From an uncultured Verrucomicrobiae bacterium (GTDB lineage Bacteria > Verrucomicrobiota > Verrucomicrobiia > Chthoniobacterales > Chthoniobacteraceae), in assembly GCA_963836755.1 (NCBI GenBank), contig CAWIKF010000002.1, positions 1,792,001-1,856,000 on the forward strand: a stretch of DNA of 64,000 nt. The letters are read 5' to 3'. The translations under genes and the position numbers were made by a program. This document shows positions 11,909 through 22,230 of the stretch, piece by piece. Position 1 is the first letter of the stretch. Every line of letters starts with the position of its first letter. The notes under the pieces are model-generated. The model saw only the letters and a list, made by a program, of their open reading frames with translations, had not been told where the DNA came from and made no database searches.

Positions 11909-12529
11909 TCAATGCTTTTTTGAGCGCGGTTTTCCTTTTTCGCCTTGTAACTCGGCGCGGCTTTTTGTGACCCGCGATAGTCGATTTTTTTTCTGAGCCG
12001 CGGCGGGTTGGTCCAGGGGAGAGGAAGTTGAGGATGAAGGTGGGGCGGAGGTTCGGACAAATTGCGCAGGGACACTTTGGACGGGGATGTTTTCGTGCGG
12101 CCATATTTCCTTTCGCGGGATCCCAAGCAGCGACGCGAATTCGTCAATGAAACCAATGACGTGCTCATTGCTCTTGGCTTCCACGACGAGAGCCTCGATC
12201 TGGTTGCGGAACTTTTTCGGCAGTGTGTTGATTTGAGAAAAAGAGATCGCGCCGGGATCAGACACGGACTTAACCGCGAGCTTCCCGCGCCATTCCTTCG
12301 GCGTTTCGTCAGTAAGATGAGCGATGATGATGCGTCGAGCGTCAGATTCCTCTAATCCAGGGATGATCCGGGAAAGTGAAGCGGAGTCCGGTCTCGTTCT
12401 CTCCACCAGATAACTCGATAGAGTGGAGAGGGGCATATCCACTCGATCCGCGAACATCTTCTGCGTGACTCCGCTCGTCTTTTTCATCCGCTCCAACACG
12501 TCGTTAAAGGCAACTGTGAAATGACTCAT
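11909..12529 (-). CDS. CI-like XRE HTH repressor
   Basis: TQKMFADRVDMPLSTLSSY…RTRP HTH; divergent from the early operon. Confidence 0.8.
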   Translation of the reverse strand: MSHFTVAFNDVLERMKKTSGVTQKMFADRVDMPLSTLSSYLVERTRPDSASLSRIIPGLEESDARRIIIAHLTDETPKEWRGKLAVKSVSDPGAISFSQINTLPKKFRNQIEALVVEAKSNEHVIGFIDEFASLLGIPRKEIWPHENIPVQSVPAQFVRTSAPPSSSTSSPLDQPAAAQKKNRLSRVTKSRAELQGEKGKPRSKKH

Positions 12530-12554
12530 GCGGGCTTTGTAAAGCATTTACACA

Positions 12555-12603
12555 AATTGCGCAATTATTTCGTTGACATAAATATTCGTATTGCGTAAAT
12601 ACG
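12555..12603. promoter_or_regulatory. divergent genetic-switch region with operator-like palindromes
   Basis: AATTGCGCAATT (12555-12566), TTGACA (12573-12578), CGTATT-GCGTA-AATACG (12587-12603); AT-rich. Confidence 0.7.
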
Positions 12604-12606
12604 CGA

Positions 12607-12798
12607 ATGATGGAAACGAAAACGACAATTGAAGCCGAGATTGCATTGAAAAAGACATTTCTGCGGGCCGCGCTTGCGATTTCCGGCAGCGCGAATTCTT
12701 CGCCGGAAGCGACGAAGGTTGCGGGCAATGAGGCCGCTCGCCTCAAAAGCGAAATCGCTGCACTCGAACAGGAGCAACTGGCGGCGGCGGCGGCCTAG
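12607..12798 (+). CDS. small early protein (Cro position)
   Basis: First ORF after the switch; no clear HTH. Confidence 0.5.
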   Translation: MMETKTTIEAEIALKKTFLRAALAISGSANSSPEATKVAGNEAARLKSEIAALEQEQLAAAAA

Positions 12799-12824
12799 CG
12801 ATTTAAAAGATCGTTCGCCAGACG

Positions 12825-13175
12825 ATGAACCTTCAAATCGAGCAAAGCGAAGTTTTCGCACGCGAACTGGCGCGCTCGCTCGTCGCGGAGATGACGACCG
12901 CGCAGCGGGTCGAACTTTGCCGCGAGCTGATGGATGAAGGGATCCGCCGCGAGCTGGTGCGCGAACTCTCACTCATCAGCGCCGAGGAAGGCGGTGTGAT
13001 GGTGCGTTGGACGGAAGCGGGATTTCGCCGCGTTGCCACGCGCGAGAATTGTCCGGCGATCAAACTCGGCCACAAGCAGCCCGAGCTTTTTCAACTGCGG
13101 GACGTCGCGTCGATGTTCGAACGACTGAAGCTGTGGCCGAAAGGGAAACCCGTGGAGCTGAAAGAGGTCGCATGA
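12825..13175 (+). CDS. phage early protein, possibly excisionase-like
   Basis: ORF in the early operon; C-terminal half faintly resembles Xis/AlpA. Confidence 0.55.
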   Translation: MNLQIEQSEVFARELARSLVAEMTTAQRVELCRELMDEGIRRELVRELSLISAEEGGVMVRWTEAGFRRVATRENCPAIKLGHKQPELFQLRDVASMFERLKLWPKGKPVELKEVA

Positions 13176-13333
13176 AATTCTCGATCATCCTTCGCGACGA
13201 CACGAAACCCGACGGCAGACAATCAAAGGAAATCGCGCGTGCTTGCGACCTTGATAATGCCGTCATCGTGGCGTGGGCGATCTACGGGAAGAACCGCAAA
13301 AACCACGGAAATCCGAATGAACGCTTTGTTTAA
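13172..13333 (+). CDS. hypothetical phage protein
   Basis: ATGA overlap with the upstream stop. Confidence 0.5.
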   Translation: MKFSIILRDDTKPDGRQSKEIARACDLDNAVIVAWAIYGKNRKNHGNPNERFV

Positions 13334-13385
13334 CAACCAAAAACGGGAAGAGCCAACCCGCACAAAAACCGGCCGCTAAAATAAA

Positions 13386-13865
13386 ATGCAAACGTCGCCA
13401 GACGCCCTTCAAAACGCCACCGGCCCAGCGCCGCAAAAAAGGGGAACACGCAAACAGCGTTACGTTCCAAATTCAAATCGTCCCGTTCGGCTTCGCGTGA
13501 AGCTTTCGCGCCGGATGGAAGTCGTCATCGAGGCTTATTGGGATCAATGGTTTGCCGACCTTTATCCTTGGCCGTCGCCAACTGTGTCGAACGCAGTGAG
13601 GACGCGGCTCATCGCTTACAAGCTCGACGATGATCGCGCTCGCATTGCTCGGCGGCGCAAATGCGAGTCTTACTTCAACCTGCTTTCAATTGGTGTGGGT
13701 GATTTATTTTCCGCGCTCAAATTGAGCGATAAACTCAGGGCCGCGGAGAATCGCGCAAGGAAATATTTCTACGATCTAAACCCGACACAGCACATCCGTC
13801 ACGGTCTCTGCTTCGCGTGGTGGGATAAATACTACCGTCCGAACGGCTCATGGAGGAAAGCATGA
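13386..13865 (+). CDS. hypothetical phage protein
   Basis: 159-aa ORF preceded by the conserved leader motif. Confidence 0.65.
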   Translation: MQTSPDALQNATGPAPQKRGTRKQRYVPNSNRPVRLRVKLSRRMEVVIEAYWDQWFADLYPWPSPTVSNAVRTRLIAYKLDDDRARIARRRKCESYFNLLSIGVGDLFSALKLSDKLRAAENRARKYFYDLNPTQHIRHGLCFAWWDKYYRPNGSWRKA

Positions 13866-14087
13866 AAAAGTTCCTCGGCATTTCTTTTCACCGCGTTGTC
13901 GCTCGTTTCGTTTTTCTGCGCTGTTGGTTTTTGGAAGAAAGGTTCCAGCGATTGGAGTTATTACATTTTGGTCGCGGCCTGATGTCATCGTGGGACTTTG
14001 GCTCGCATGGACCGCGTGGGATTTTTTTCTGCGCATCGACCTGGATAAGCTGCGCGAGGAAGCGGACGCAAAGAAAGGTCGCCAGCC

Positions 14088-14342
14088 ATGACGATCTACG
14101 AATGCCCAGCGTGTGAGAAAGGGTTTTCCGGCCACATTCTGCGCGTTCATCTATGCAGTGGGCTGGACGACGCGAAACTGACTGCGCCGCAATATCTCGC
14201 GGCGCTGGAGATCGAGCATGTGAAGCGGCAGATGCTCAAGCTCGCGAACAAGCGCTCGGCCGCCGCTCGGTTGGGCGAGCTGCGCGAGGAGCTGAAGGAG
14301 CTGTTGACGCATTTTCCGAAAGTTGAGGAGGCAAAGCGATGA
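14088..14342 (+). CDS. hypothetical protein with CxxC…H-x-C zinc-finger-like N-terminus
   Basis: YECPACEKGFSGHILRVHLC; ATGA-coupled to the next gene. Confidence 0.6.
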   Translation: MTIYECPACEKGFSGHILRVHLCSGLDDAKLTAPQYLAALEIEHVKRQMLKLANKRSAAARLGELREELKELLTHFPKVEEAKR

Positions 14343-14653
14343 GCGCGAAAAAGCCGCCTGTTAAACAATCGGTGGAATCTCTCATCGCGGAGATTCGAGC
14401 CAGCTTGGAAGTTATCAAAAGCAATCTGGCGTGGCTCATCAAGGCAGACCAGCGCTTCGTAATCGGTCAGCGCGTCGTGTTCAGTAACAAGGCTCGGCAG
14501 CAATTTATCGCCCGCGGGAAGCGAGCCAAATTGAAGGGAACTGTAAGAGGAGTCGATTTATTCTCGATCGAGGTCCAGCTCGATGGCGTGAAGCGGAAGC
14601 GTAGCTATCACCACAGCTTTTTCAACCCGGTCTCAGGGCCGAAACTTTTTTGA
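14339..14653 (+). CDS. hypothetical phage protein
   Basis: Overlap-coupled ORF. Confidence 0.6.
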   Translation: MSAKKPPVKQSVESLIAEIRASLEVIKSNLAWLIKADQRFVIGQRVVFSNKARQQFIARGKRAKLKGTVRGVDLFSIEVQLDGVKRKRSYHHSFFNPVSGPKLF

Positions 14654-16476
14654 AAATGAGCGACGACCTGCGCCTTTCAAAATCGCTTTCGCTGCCGATC
14701 GATGCGGTCACGCAGAAATTCGCGATCCTCGGCCGCACCGGCTCGGGCAAGAGCTATTGCGCGACGAAGCTTTGCGAGCTGATGCTGGATAAGCACGCCC
14801 AGGTGATCGCGCTCGATCCGGTCGGCGTCTGGTATGGGTTGCGCGTTGGCGGGCATTACTCGATCCCGATCTTCGGCGGGTTACATGGCGACGTGCCGCT
14901 GGAATCAAACGCCGGCGAGTTCATCGCGAACTTGATTGTCGATCGGGGACTGAGTGCCGTGCTCGATGTCTCGCAATTCCTCGGCGGCGAACAGGCGAAG
15001 TTTGCCTACGATTTCGCTACGCGATTTTTCTTTCGCAAAAAATCGTCACCGGGCGCGGTGCACCTGTTTGTGGAGGAGTGTCAGGAGTTCGTCCCGCAGA
15101 ACATTTCGGGAGGAGCTCGAGGCGGATTCGAGACGCGGATGCTGAATGCTTTTGAGCGATTGATAAAGCTAGGCCGCAACTTCGGAATCGGCGCGACGCT
15201 CATCTCGCAGCGGCCGCAGGAAGTGAACAAGAAAGCGCTCAACCAGGCTGAGTGCATGCTGGCTTTCCAGATGACCGGTCCGCAGGAGCGCAAAGCCGTG
15301 TCGCTATGGGTTGCCGACAAAGCCGGAAGCCAGGATGTCATCGACACGCTTCCGAAATTGAAGGTCGGTCAATGCCAGGTCTGGAGTCCGCAGTGGTTGC
15401 ACGTCAGCGATACAATTGAGATCGCGGCGAAAAAGAGCGCCGATGTTTCCAGCACACCTAGCGCGGGTGATCACTCCAAACGCGTGGAGTTGAAGGAACT
15501 TTCGGAAGACGAGCTGAGCGCGCTGGCGAAGGACATGGCGGAAACAGTGGAGCGCGCAAAGGCTGAGGATCCGCGCGAGCTGAGGCGCGAAATCGCGCTT
15601 TTAAAAAAACGTGAGTCGGAGCTGATTAAAGCGAATGCCGATCTCGGCCTGATGGCTGTCGAGATTACATCCAAGGAAGTGCCGGTTTTGAAGGATGGGC
15701 AGCTAGCGCGGCTTGAAAGTGCAACAACTGCGCTCGGCAAGCTGCTGACTGTGCAAATCGAACGTCTCGATGCTGCGAACGAGACATTTTCAAAAAACGT
15801 CCGCGAGATTCTCGATCGCTTCGGAGAAACACTTATCCCGCTCCGTGAGGCACTTTCGAAATTGCAGCCAAAGAGTGCAATTTCAACTCTAGTTTTGCGG
15901 AAGCCGCCGATCGTGGCCGCTCGCGAAGAAGCCGCGCCCCTCAAACGAGGCGAGTCGGTGCCGGCCGCTAATGGTGATGGAAGCGGTGTCAGTGCGCCGC
16001 AACAGCGCATCCTCGACGCGCTCGCGAGTTTGGAAAGCTTGGGCCTGCGCGACCTGGATAAGTCGAACGTCGCGGTTTTTGCCGATGCTTCGCCGCGCTC
16101 GAGCGCCTATCAGAACAATGTCAGCCGACTGCGCACGCTCGGGCTGGTCGACTATCCACAACAAGGCCGCGTGAGCCTTACCGATCAAGGTCGCCAACAA
16201 GCCCAATCCAACGGGACGGTGCTAACTCTCGAAGGTCTGCACAACGCTTGGTTTGCCAAACTTCCCGCGCCAAAGGTGCGGATTCTCAAGGAAGTCATCG
16301 GCCTTTATCCGAACCCGATCGGGAAAGCGCCGCTCGCAGACCTTTCCGGCATGTCGCCTTTGTCGAGCGCCTATCAAAACAATGTGAGCAACCTGCGTTC
16401 ACTCGGACTCATCGACTATCCGCAGCAAGGCTACGTCGTAGCCACAGAGCTGCTTTTCCCGCCGTCACTTTCATGA
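14650..16476 (+). CDS. HerA/DUF87-like P-loop ATPase with two C-terminal winged-helix-like repeats
   Basis: GRTGSGKS, LFVEECQEF, GRNFGIG…SQRP; duplicated SSAYQNNVSxLRxLGLxDYPQQG. Confidence 0.85.
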   Translation: MKMSDDLRLSKSLSLPIDAVTQKFAILGRTGSGKSYCATKLCELMLDKHAQVIALDPVGVWYGLRVGGHYSIPIFGGLHGDVPLESNAGEFIANLIVDRGLSAVLDVSQFLGGEQAKFAYDFATRFFFRKKSSPGAVHLFVEECQEFVPQNISGGARGGFETRMLNAFERLIKLGRNFGIGATLISQRPQEVNKKALNQAECMLAFQMTGPQERKAVSLWVADKAGSQDVIDTLPKLKVGQCQVWSPQWLHVSDTIEIAAKKSADVSSTPSAGDHSKRVELKELSEDELSALAKDMAETVERAKAEDPRELRREIALLKKRESELIKANADLGLMAVEITSKEVPVLKDGQLARLESATTALGKLLTVQIERLDAANETFSKNVREILDRFGETLIPLREALSKLQPKSAISTLVLRKPPIVAAREEAAPLKRGESVPAANGDGSGVSAPQQRILDALASLESLGLRDLDKSNVAVFADASPRSSAYQNNVSRLRTLGLVDYPQQGRVSLTDQGRQQAQSNGTVLTLEGLHNAWFAKLPAPKVRILKEVIGLYPNPIGKAPLADLSGMSPLSSAYQNNVSNLRSLGLIDYPQQGYVVATELLFPPSLS

Positions 16477-16877
16477 GCCTTACCCGCACAATCAAAGTTT
16501 CAGTCTCGGCATCGGGAAAAGGTCTCACGACGGAACGCCTCACTTTTGAGACCAGTCCTTTTCCCAACGAAAAGGCTCTGGCCGTTTATCACAAAATTTC
16601 TCGCTGCGCGATCGCGCTGGCGAACGGGAAAAAAATTCCCGATGACCTCGAGAACCTTGCATCCACCTCGGCCGCCGCCGCTCAGGGCAGTGCGCACAGC
16701 CACGCATCATGCGCGTCCGGGTTGGATGCAGATCTTCTCGGCGCAGCGGCGAATGTCCTGCACCTGATCGAAAACCGAGTCGCGCTCGATGAGCTGCGCG
16801 ACGCGCCGTGTTATCGGGAGCTCTTTGCGCGAGTGAAAGCCGTGCAATCGGAAAGCGAGGGGATGCCTATTCGATAA
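16473..16877 (+). CDS. hypothetical phage protein
   Basis: ATGA overlap with the ATPase stop. Confidence 0.55.
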   Translation: MSLTRTIKVSVSASGKGLTTERLTFETSPFPNEKALAVYHKISRCAIALANGKKIPDDLENLASTSAAAAQGSAHSHASCASGLDADLLGAAANVLHLIENRVALDELRDAPCYRELFARVKAVQSESEGMPIR

Positions 16878-16918
16878 CGAACACAAAAATTCCGCGTTGC
16901 CCATAGGGGGAAAACAAA

Positions 16919-16950
16919 GCGCCGCGGCGGAGTCAGATCCGCCGCGGCGC
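16919..16950. terminator. strong GC hairpin, possible leftward terminator
   Basis: 13-bp perfect stem GCGCCGCGGCGGA/TCCGCCGCGGCGC, preceded by AAAACAAA (a U-tract on the minus strand). Confidence 0.5.
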
Positions 16951-16972
16951 AATCCCAAGTCACTTAGTCAAC

Positions 16973-18055
16973 ATGCAAATGACGTTTTACAACTCACATA
17001 CTTTTAGAGAAATCGCAACTTTGCTCCGCACCGAGCCTGTTGCTGGCGGTGTCGAGATCCTGCACGTCTATGGCGCGGACGGGCGGAAGCTACGTGATTT
17101 TGTCGGCCGCCGATCGACGTTGCGGGCACTAGCCGCGCAGCGTTTCGCCGGCGTCCGGCGCGTGGAAGGAAAGGCATGAAGATGCACGAGGCGCTGAGCG
17201 AGCTGCTGATCTTCGCACGCGAGCAAGGCGGCGATGATCAGCCTCACGTCCGCCGCGTGCTCGAGTGCATCGAGGATCTGAGCTTCCGCACGCGCCAGCG
17301 CGATTACAAAAAGCGAAACCGCGACCGGTGCATAAGGTGTGAACAACGCCTCGGCGACGGGATGCTTTGCTGGCCATGCCTGGCTGACGCACCGCGCGAA
17401 GTGCAGCAAGCGTTTAAACAAGCGGTCGGGCTCGATGGAATGCGCGAAGCGACTGAGACAATTTTGAAATGGGCTAGGCGGCACAGCTTCCACGAAAGCG
17501 AGGCCGCATGATCTGTCCGATCTGCCGAAAAGAAGTGCCGCAGCTCGAGCTGCTGACGGATGGATCACTGAGCCAGCTCGCGTGCCCGCATTGCCGGCGC
17601 CGGATGAGCGACGCGAGTTATGGGCAGAGCGATTACGATCAGACACTTCGCGGGCTCTGCAACGTGCTCCTGGACATCGTGGATGTGTCCGCGGCCGTCT
17701 CGCCCACTCTCGGGAGCTTGAAGGCTCACATCGTTGTCTCGCACGCGCTGCGCGCGCTGCCTCCGGTCCGGATCTGCGACGAGCTGCAGAATGTTTTCCC
17801 ATTTGTAAAACAAGAGGAAAGGCGATGCGCATGAGGGAAAAGATTGCCGGCTATGTCGTGGTGACTCCTAGCGGTGAACCGCTCGTGCGCGAAAAGCCGC
17901 GCGGCGGGATTCTGCTTATTTCGGATAGAGCGAGCGTGTTCAATAAGCGGCGCACAGCAGTCGCCATCCTCAGGCGCTCCCACACTTATGCCCGGAAGCA
18001 CAAATTCGCGTGGGCAGACCGCGCGGACCGGATCCTCCCGATCGTGGACGCATGA
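16973..18055 (+). other. four small coupled early CDSs (16973-17179, 17176-17511, 17508-17834, 17825-18055)
   Basis: Overlapping start/stop chain; two carry CxxC pairs. Confidence 0.6.
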
Positions 18056-19113
18056 ATTTTATGACCCAACCTAACTACGACTTCCGAGCAATTGCCCGCG
18101 ACGTTCGTCGGTCGCTGCTGGTGACCGCGAATTTCGAGCGAATCCTGGACGGAGGAAAAATCAAGCACGTGAGGGTGAGCGACCAGATGCGCCGCCTTTT
18201 GCTTTTACTCAATGAGTTGACCTTTGAATCCAATCAGCCTGGCGTCTGGGTTCGTCATCTCATATCGCTCGCGCGGTCTATCTCGATCGACAAAGGCGAT
18301 TGCTCGGAAGCGGTTGCGAAACTTTTGGAATTTGAAGTCGTCGCGGTGGACCGGCGAGACGACGGCTGGCTATGGATCGAACTGCGTGCAGCGAAACTCG
18401 CAGTAAGCGGCCGTGCATTGGTAGCGCGCGCGGCAACAGAGGAAATCGTGCTGATGAATTACGATCGCATCCATCAGCCGGAAATCCCTGGCATCGAAAA
18501 ATCACTGCTTCAAGGGCGAAGCGGAGGTTTTGAGGAAGCCATGAAAGACGTGTCCAGAGATCAGGACCGCGAAGCGTTCGCGAACGTCCAGCCGCGCGGC
18601 GTGCGCGGTTATTGTGGCGTGGTTCCGGTTGGGAATCTCCCAACCAACAGCCGTGAAACGGTAGGGAATCTCCCAACCAGTGAGTTGGGAATCTCCCAAC
18701 CAAAAAGCGTGAGAGTTGGGAATCTCCCAACCGAGCATCTATATGATCGCGCGGGCGCGGACACGCGCGGCGATTCGACAGATCGACAGATCGGCGATTC
18801 GCTCGAATCGGGAGCTGTGGCTCCTGACAATTCGGGCAGAAGGTTTCGAGACAGTGACAAGAATTTCGCTTTCGAGGAGCTACTAGCTCTCGATCAAAAG
18901 CGGGAGCTCGGAGACGAAACCAGCCGCCGCACCTGGATCGGCCGGATCCGCGACAATCCCGGCGCGGTCCTCGAGGCAGTCGGCGAAGTGAAGGATGAGA
19001 TCCGCCGCGGCCAGCGCATCACGTCACCACTCGGCCGCGTGTTCGTGAAAGCGCAATCGATCGCGCGATCAGCCGGCAAAACCTTCCGCTCAATCCTTTT
19101 CATCCAGGTATGA
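18052..19113 (+). CDS. putative replication initiator (lambda O-like organisation)
   Basis: N-terminal wHTH-like segment and internal iteron array. Confidence 0.7.
   Translation: MNFMTQPNYDFRAIARDVRRSLLVTANFERILDGGKIKHVRVSDQMRRLLLLLNELTFESNQPGVWVRHLISLARSISIDKGDCSEAVAKLLEFEVVAVDRRDDGWLWIELRAAKLAVSGRALVARAATEEIVLMNYDRIHQPEIPGIEKSLLQGRSGGFEEAMKDVSRDQDREAFANVQPRGVRGYCGVVPVGNLPTNSRETVGNLPTSELGISQPKSVRVGNLPTEHLYDRAGADTRGDSTDRQIGDSLESGAVAPDNSGRRFRDSDKNFAFEELLALDQKRELGDETSRRTWIGRIRDNPGAVLEAVGEVKDEIRRGQRITSPLGRVFVKAQSIARSAGKTFRSILFIQV
18628..18732. repeat. iterons / putative replication origin
   Basis: GGGAATCTCCCAACC at 18631, 18664, 18687 and 18718; three copies are extended GTTGGGA-ATC-TCCCAAC pseudo-palindromes. 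Confidence 0.8.
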
Positions 19114-19230
19114 ACAATGCAGCGCAAACAGGCAGTTAAACAAATGAATATTTTGTGGACCGAAGCGCAATTTTTAACCGAACACGAATCCGGCGCGTGG
19201 AAAAAACAATCAGTTAAACAACAAAACACT

Positions 19231-20945
19231 ATGCCAGCCCTGAAAAAACCTCGTCCGCAAAAACACGGACTCTCACAGCAAGCGCGAGCGCGAATCTTAT
19301 CGGATGCGAGAGCGCGATGGTCGAAAAGAAAGGCCGCTGCCGCGGCGAGCGACAACGGCCCAGTTTCCCCCCAGAACGGTGCAAAGAATAGCGCGGCTTC
19401 TACCAATGACAAGCTCGCGCCGGCGACTGCGGTGAAGCTACTCGACGCGGCGATCGAGCGCGCTGCAGTGAAGGCTGGTGTGAGTGTTGCTGATTTTAAA
19501 AAGCTGCCGGCGCGCGATCAAAACGCCTATCTCGCTGAGCAGCGCGGCGCGAAGACGGCGGAAGGAACTGAGCCAGGAGTGCAGTATTACGACCCGGCGC
19601 TGATCGATCTGTCGCCTTTCAACCGAACGTATTTCGATGAAGGCAAAAACGCGGAGCTGATTGAGAGCGTCCGGATCTATGGAGTAGCCCAAAACGGTAT
19701 CGGCCGGCCGCACCCGACGAAGCCAGGCCGCATCGAGCTGGTGGCTGGGCAGCGGCGATGGAACGCGGCGAAGATCACGAAGCGGCCGATGCCATTGAAG
19801 GTGATGCCGATGACCGATGAGCAGGCAATCGAGCTGCAGGCCGTGGAAAATTTGCATCGCGAGGATCTGAGTCCAATCGACGAAGCGGTGAAGTATCAGC
19901 AGCTCATCGAATGCTATGGAAAGCGCGGGATTTTGAAGACAGCCGCGGTGGACATGGTGAGTGAGAAACTGAAGGTCTCGGTGTCTGGCATCCATGCTTC
20001 GCTGAAGCTGTTGAAGCTACCGGATGAAGTGCAGGAAGCGGTGCGCGAAATGCGCCTGCCACCTAGCCACGCGGACCTGCTCGGAAAGCTCGAGCACGAT
20101 CAAGACGCGCAAAAGCTGGCAGCGCGTCAGATTTTGAATCCGAAAAGAAGCGACCAAAGCGAGGAAGGTGTGATGAGTTTTCGCGAGGCAAAGCGGTTAG
20201 TCGATCACGAGCTGGAGAAGATGGAGAACCGAACAGCGTTTAACAAACTGCGCGATGAGTTTGTCCGCAAAGGTGATCTGGTTCTTTCGGCGGCCGACAA
20301 CGCGAAGCTGTTCGTGCACGAGGGCAATCCGTGGCACCTGACTCACAATTCCGGCTTCGTAAAACCGGATGAATACTGCAACGAGTTTAATTGCGACACA
20401 TGGAAGAAGGCTTGCGGGAAAAATGCTCCCGATCTGTGCTGGCACAGGCTCGCGACGGTGCGCCGGTGATCTTGTGGCCGCTGAGTTATGCGAGATCGGC
20501 AGCGCAAAGGAATCGACCGCGCAGCGAGACGAACCAGAGATGGAGCCGGCCGGAAAGCGACGTGCGCGCGGAGCGAGAGCACAAAGCGCGTGCGAAATTT
20601 TATGAAGCGTTGATGGGAGTGATCGCGCAGAAGGCTGAGGAAATGGACGGGAACTCGCCTCAGCTCTGGCGACTGCTTTTCGGGTTCATCGTCAATCGCG
20701 TTGGGAATGATGCGTGCCGGCGTGTGCGCAAGCGTCGCGATCTGACGCACAAAAAAGATGACCGCGATGAAGTCACGATCGAGGCGTCGCTAAAAACTGC
20801 CACGACGAAGCAATTGAGGGGCGCCGTTGCTGAACTCATCGCAGCGTGGCACGCGCCGAGTCTGCATCAAAGCGGTTGGACTAACGATGCGAAGGAAATG
20901 GCACAAGCTCTCGGGATCACGCTGCCGGCGTGGAAAGTGTCATGA
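19231..20945 (+). CDS. ParB/RepB/Spo0J-family protein; frameshift near 20430
   Basis: LVAGQRRWNAA, VENLHREDLSPIDEA, HTH; continues in ORF 20391..20945. Confidence 0.85.
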
Positions 20946-21306
20946 AGATGCCGAAATACATTTTGACGATCGGCTTCAATGAATACGTCGTTGCCGACAA
21001 CAAAGGACTCGCGACGATCATGGCAGTGCTCGAGGACGCAGTTCCGGTGCGGGCTCATCTCACAGCAAAATCGAAATCAGCCTTGAATGGACTGAAGAAG
21101 GTGAGGAAGCGATGCTTGCTCAATCGACCACTGTTTCATTGGTTCGCATTCCGCCTGGCGTGACGTGGACGCGAAGAACGAAGGCCGGAACAGTTGAGAT
21201 CATCAGGCCAGTAGCTCTCAACGCTGGCGACGGTGTTAAGCGAAGCGGCAAAGCTGTTAAGAAGCTGAACGGCCGGCAGCCATTGCAACTGGAGTTCGGA
21301 CGATGA
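20942..21306 (+). CDS. hypothetical protein, apparently frameshifted near 21060
   Basis: ORFs 20930..21163 and 21112..21306 read as one gene. Confidence 0.45.
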
Positions 21307-21469
21307 ACGATGCAACGCAACAATCTGTTAAGCAAGAGCGTATTGCAGCGAACCGGAGGGACGCGATGCACCCACCCCCACGCAAGGAATCTCTTCGCTC
21401 TAGGTCACGAACGGGCAGTCTTGGCGACTCCCTGCGTTTTCGTATCTGTGATGCAAATTCAAACTTCCC

Positions 21470-22230
21470 ATGAAATCTAAACGCACCCCATCTCCTGAAG
21501 CCTCTGGAATTCCGGTCCACTGCAAATACGACAAGATCGTTCCGGCCGCTGAGCTGAAACTTTGGAATGAGCAACCGAACTCGAAAAATCCGCAGGTGCA
21601 TCCGCCCGCTCAGCTGGACCGCTATGAAACAGTCGTCGCGAAAAATGGCTTCCGGCGCTGCGCCGTGGTCTCGTCGCTTTCCGGTTGTGTTACAAAAGGA
21701 AACGGCCTCGTCCAGATGGCTCGCCGCCGCGGTTGGTCTGTGCCGATCGAGATCCAGAACTATCAAAGCCGCGCCGAGGAATTGCGCGACGTCGCCGCCG
21801 ATAACCAACTCGCGAAACTAGCGCAGACGGACAAGGACGCGCTTCGTCAGCTCCTTGGCGAGCTCGATCCTGGTGAAGTCCAATTCGCGGCCGTCAGCGC
21901 AGACGAATTTGATAGACTCATTTCCGAAACAAACATCCCAGAAGCCGAGTTTCCGATCACCGCAAAGCTAGGAGAATCCTATGACTACGTCCTCATCTTC
22001 ACCACGAACGCGACCGAATTTGCGTTCCTCCAAAACCTCCTCGGCATCCGGCCGGAGCGGTCCTACAAAAAGCAAGGCGTCGGGCTCGGTCGCGCGATCC
22101 CGCTCGAGCGCGCCCTTGCCGCCATCCGTGCTAACCGTCATTCCCTCGATGTCCAGGGCGGCGACGATGACGACACACCGGCTGCTGCCAAACGCGATCG
22201 TGTGCGTGCCGGAAAGCCAGCGAGCGATTA
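21470..22230 (+). CDS. ParB-N-like protein of the phage DNA-modification type (3' end uncertain)
   Basis: NPQVHP…NGFRR…GNG…ADNQLA ParB-N-like pattern, then YDYVLIF…GLGRAI. Confidence 0.7.

Noticed and set aside
12573..12578. TTGACA in the switch region as a member of the late-box set
   Set aside because: It lies 28 nt before the ATG in AT-rich DNA, consistent with an ordinary sigma70 -35.
18628..18732. CRISPR array
   Set aside because: Repeats are only 15 bp with 8-18 nt gaps, lie inside a CDS, and no cas genes are present; iterons fit better.
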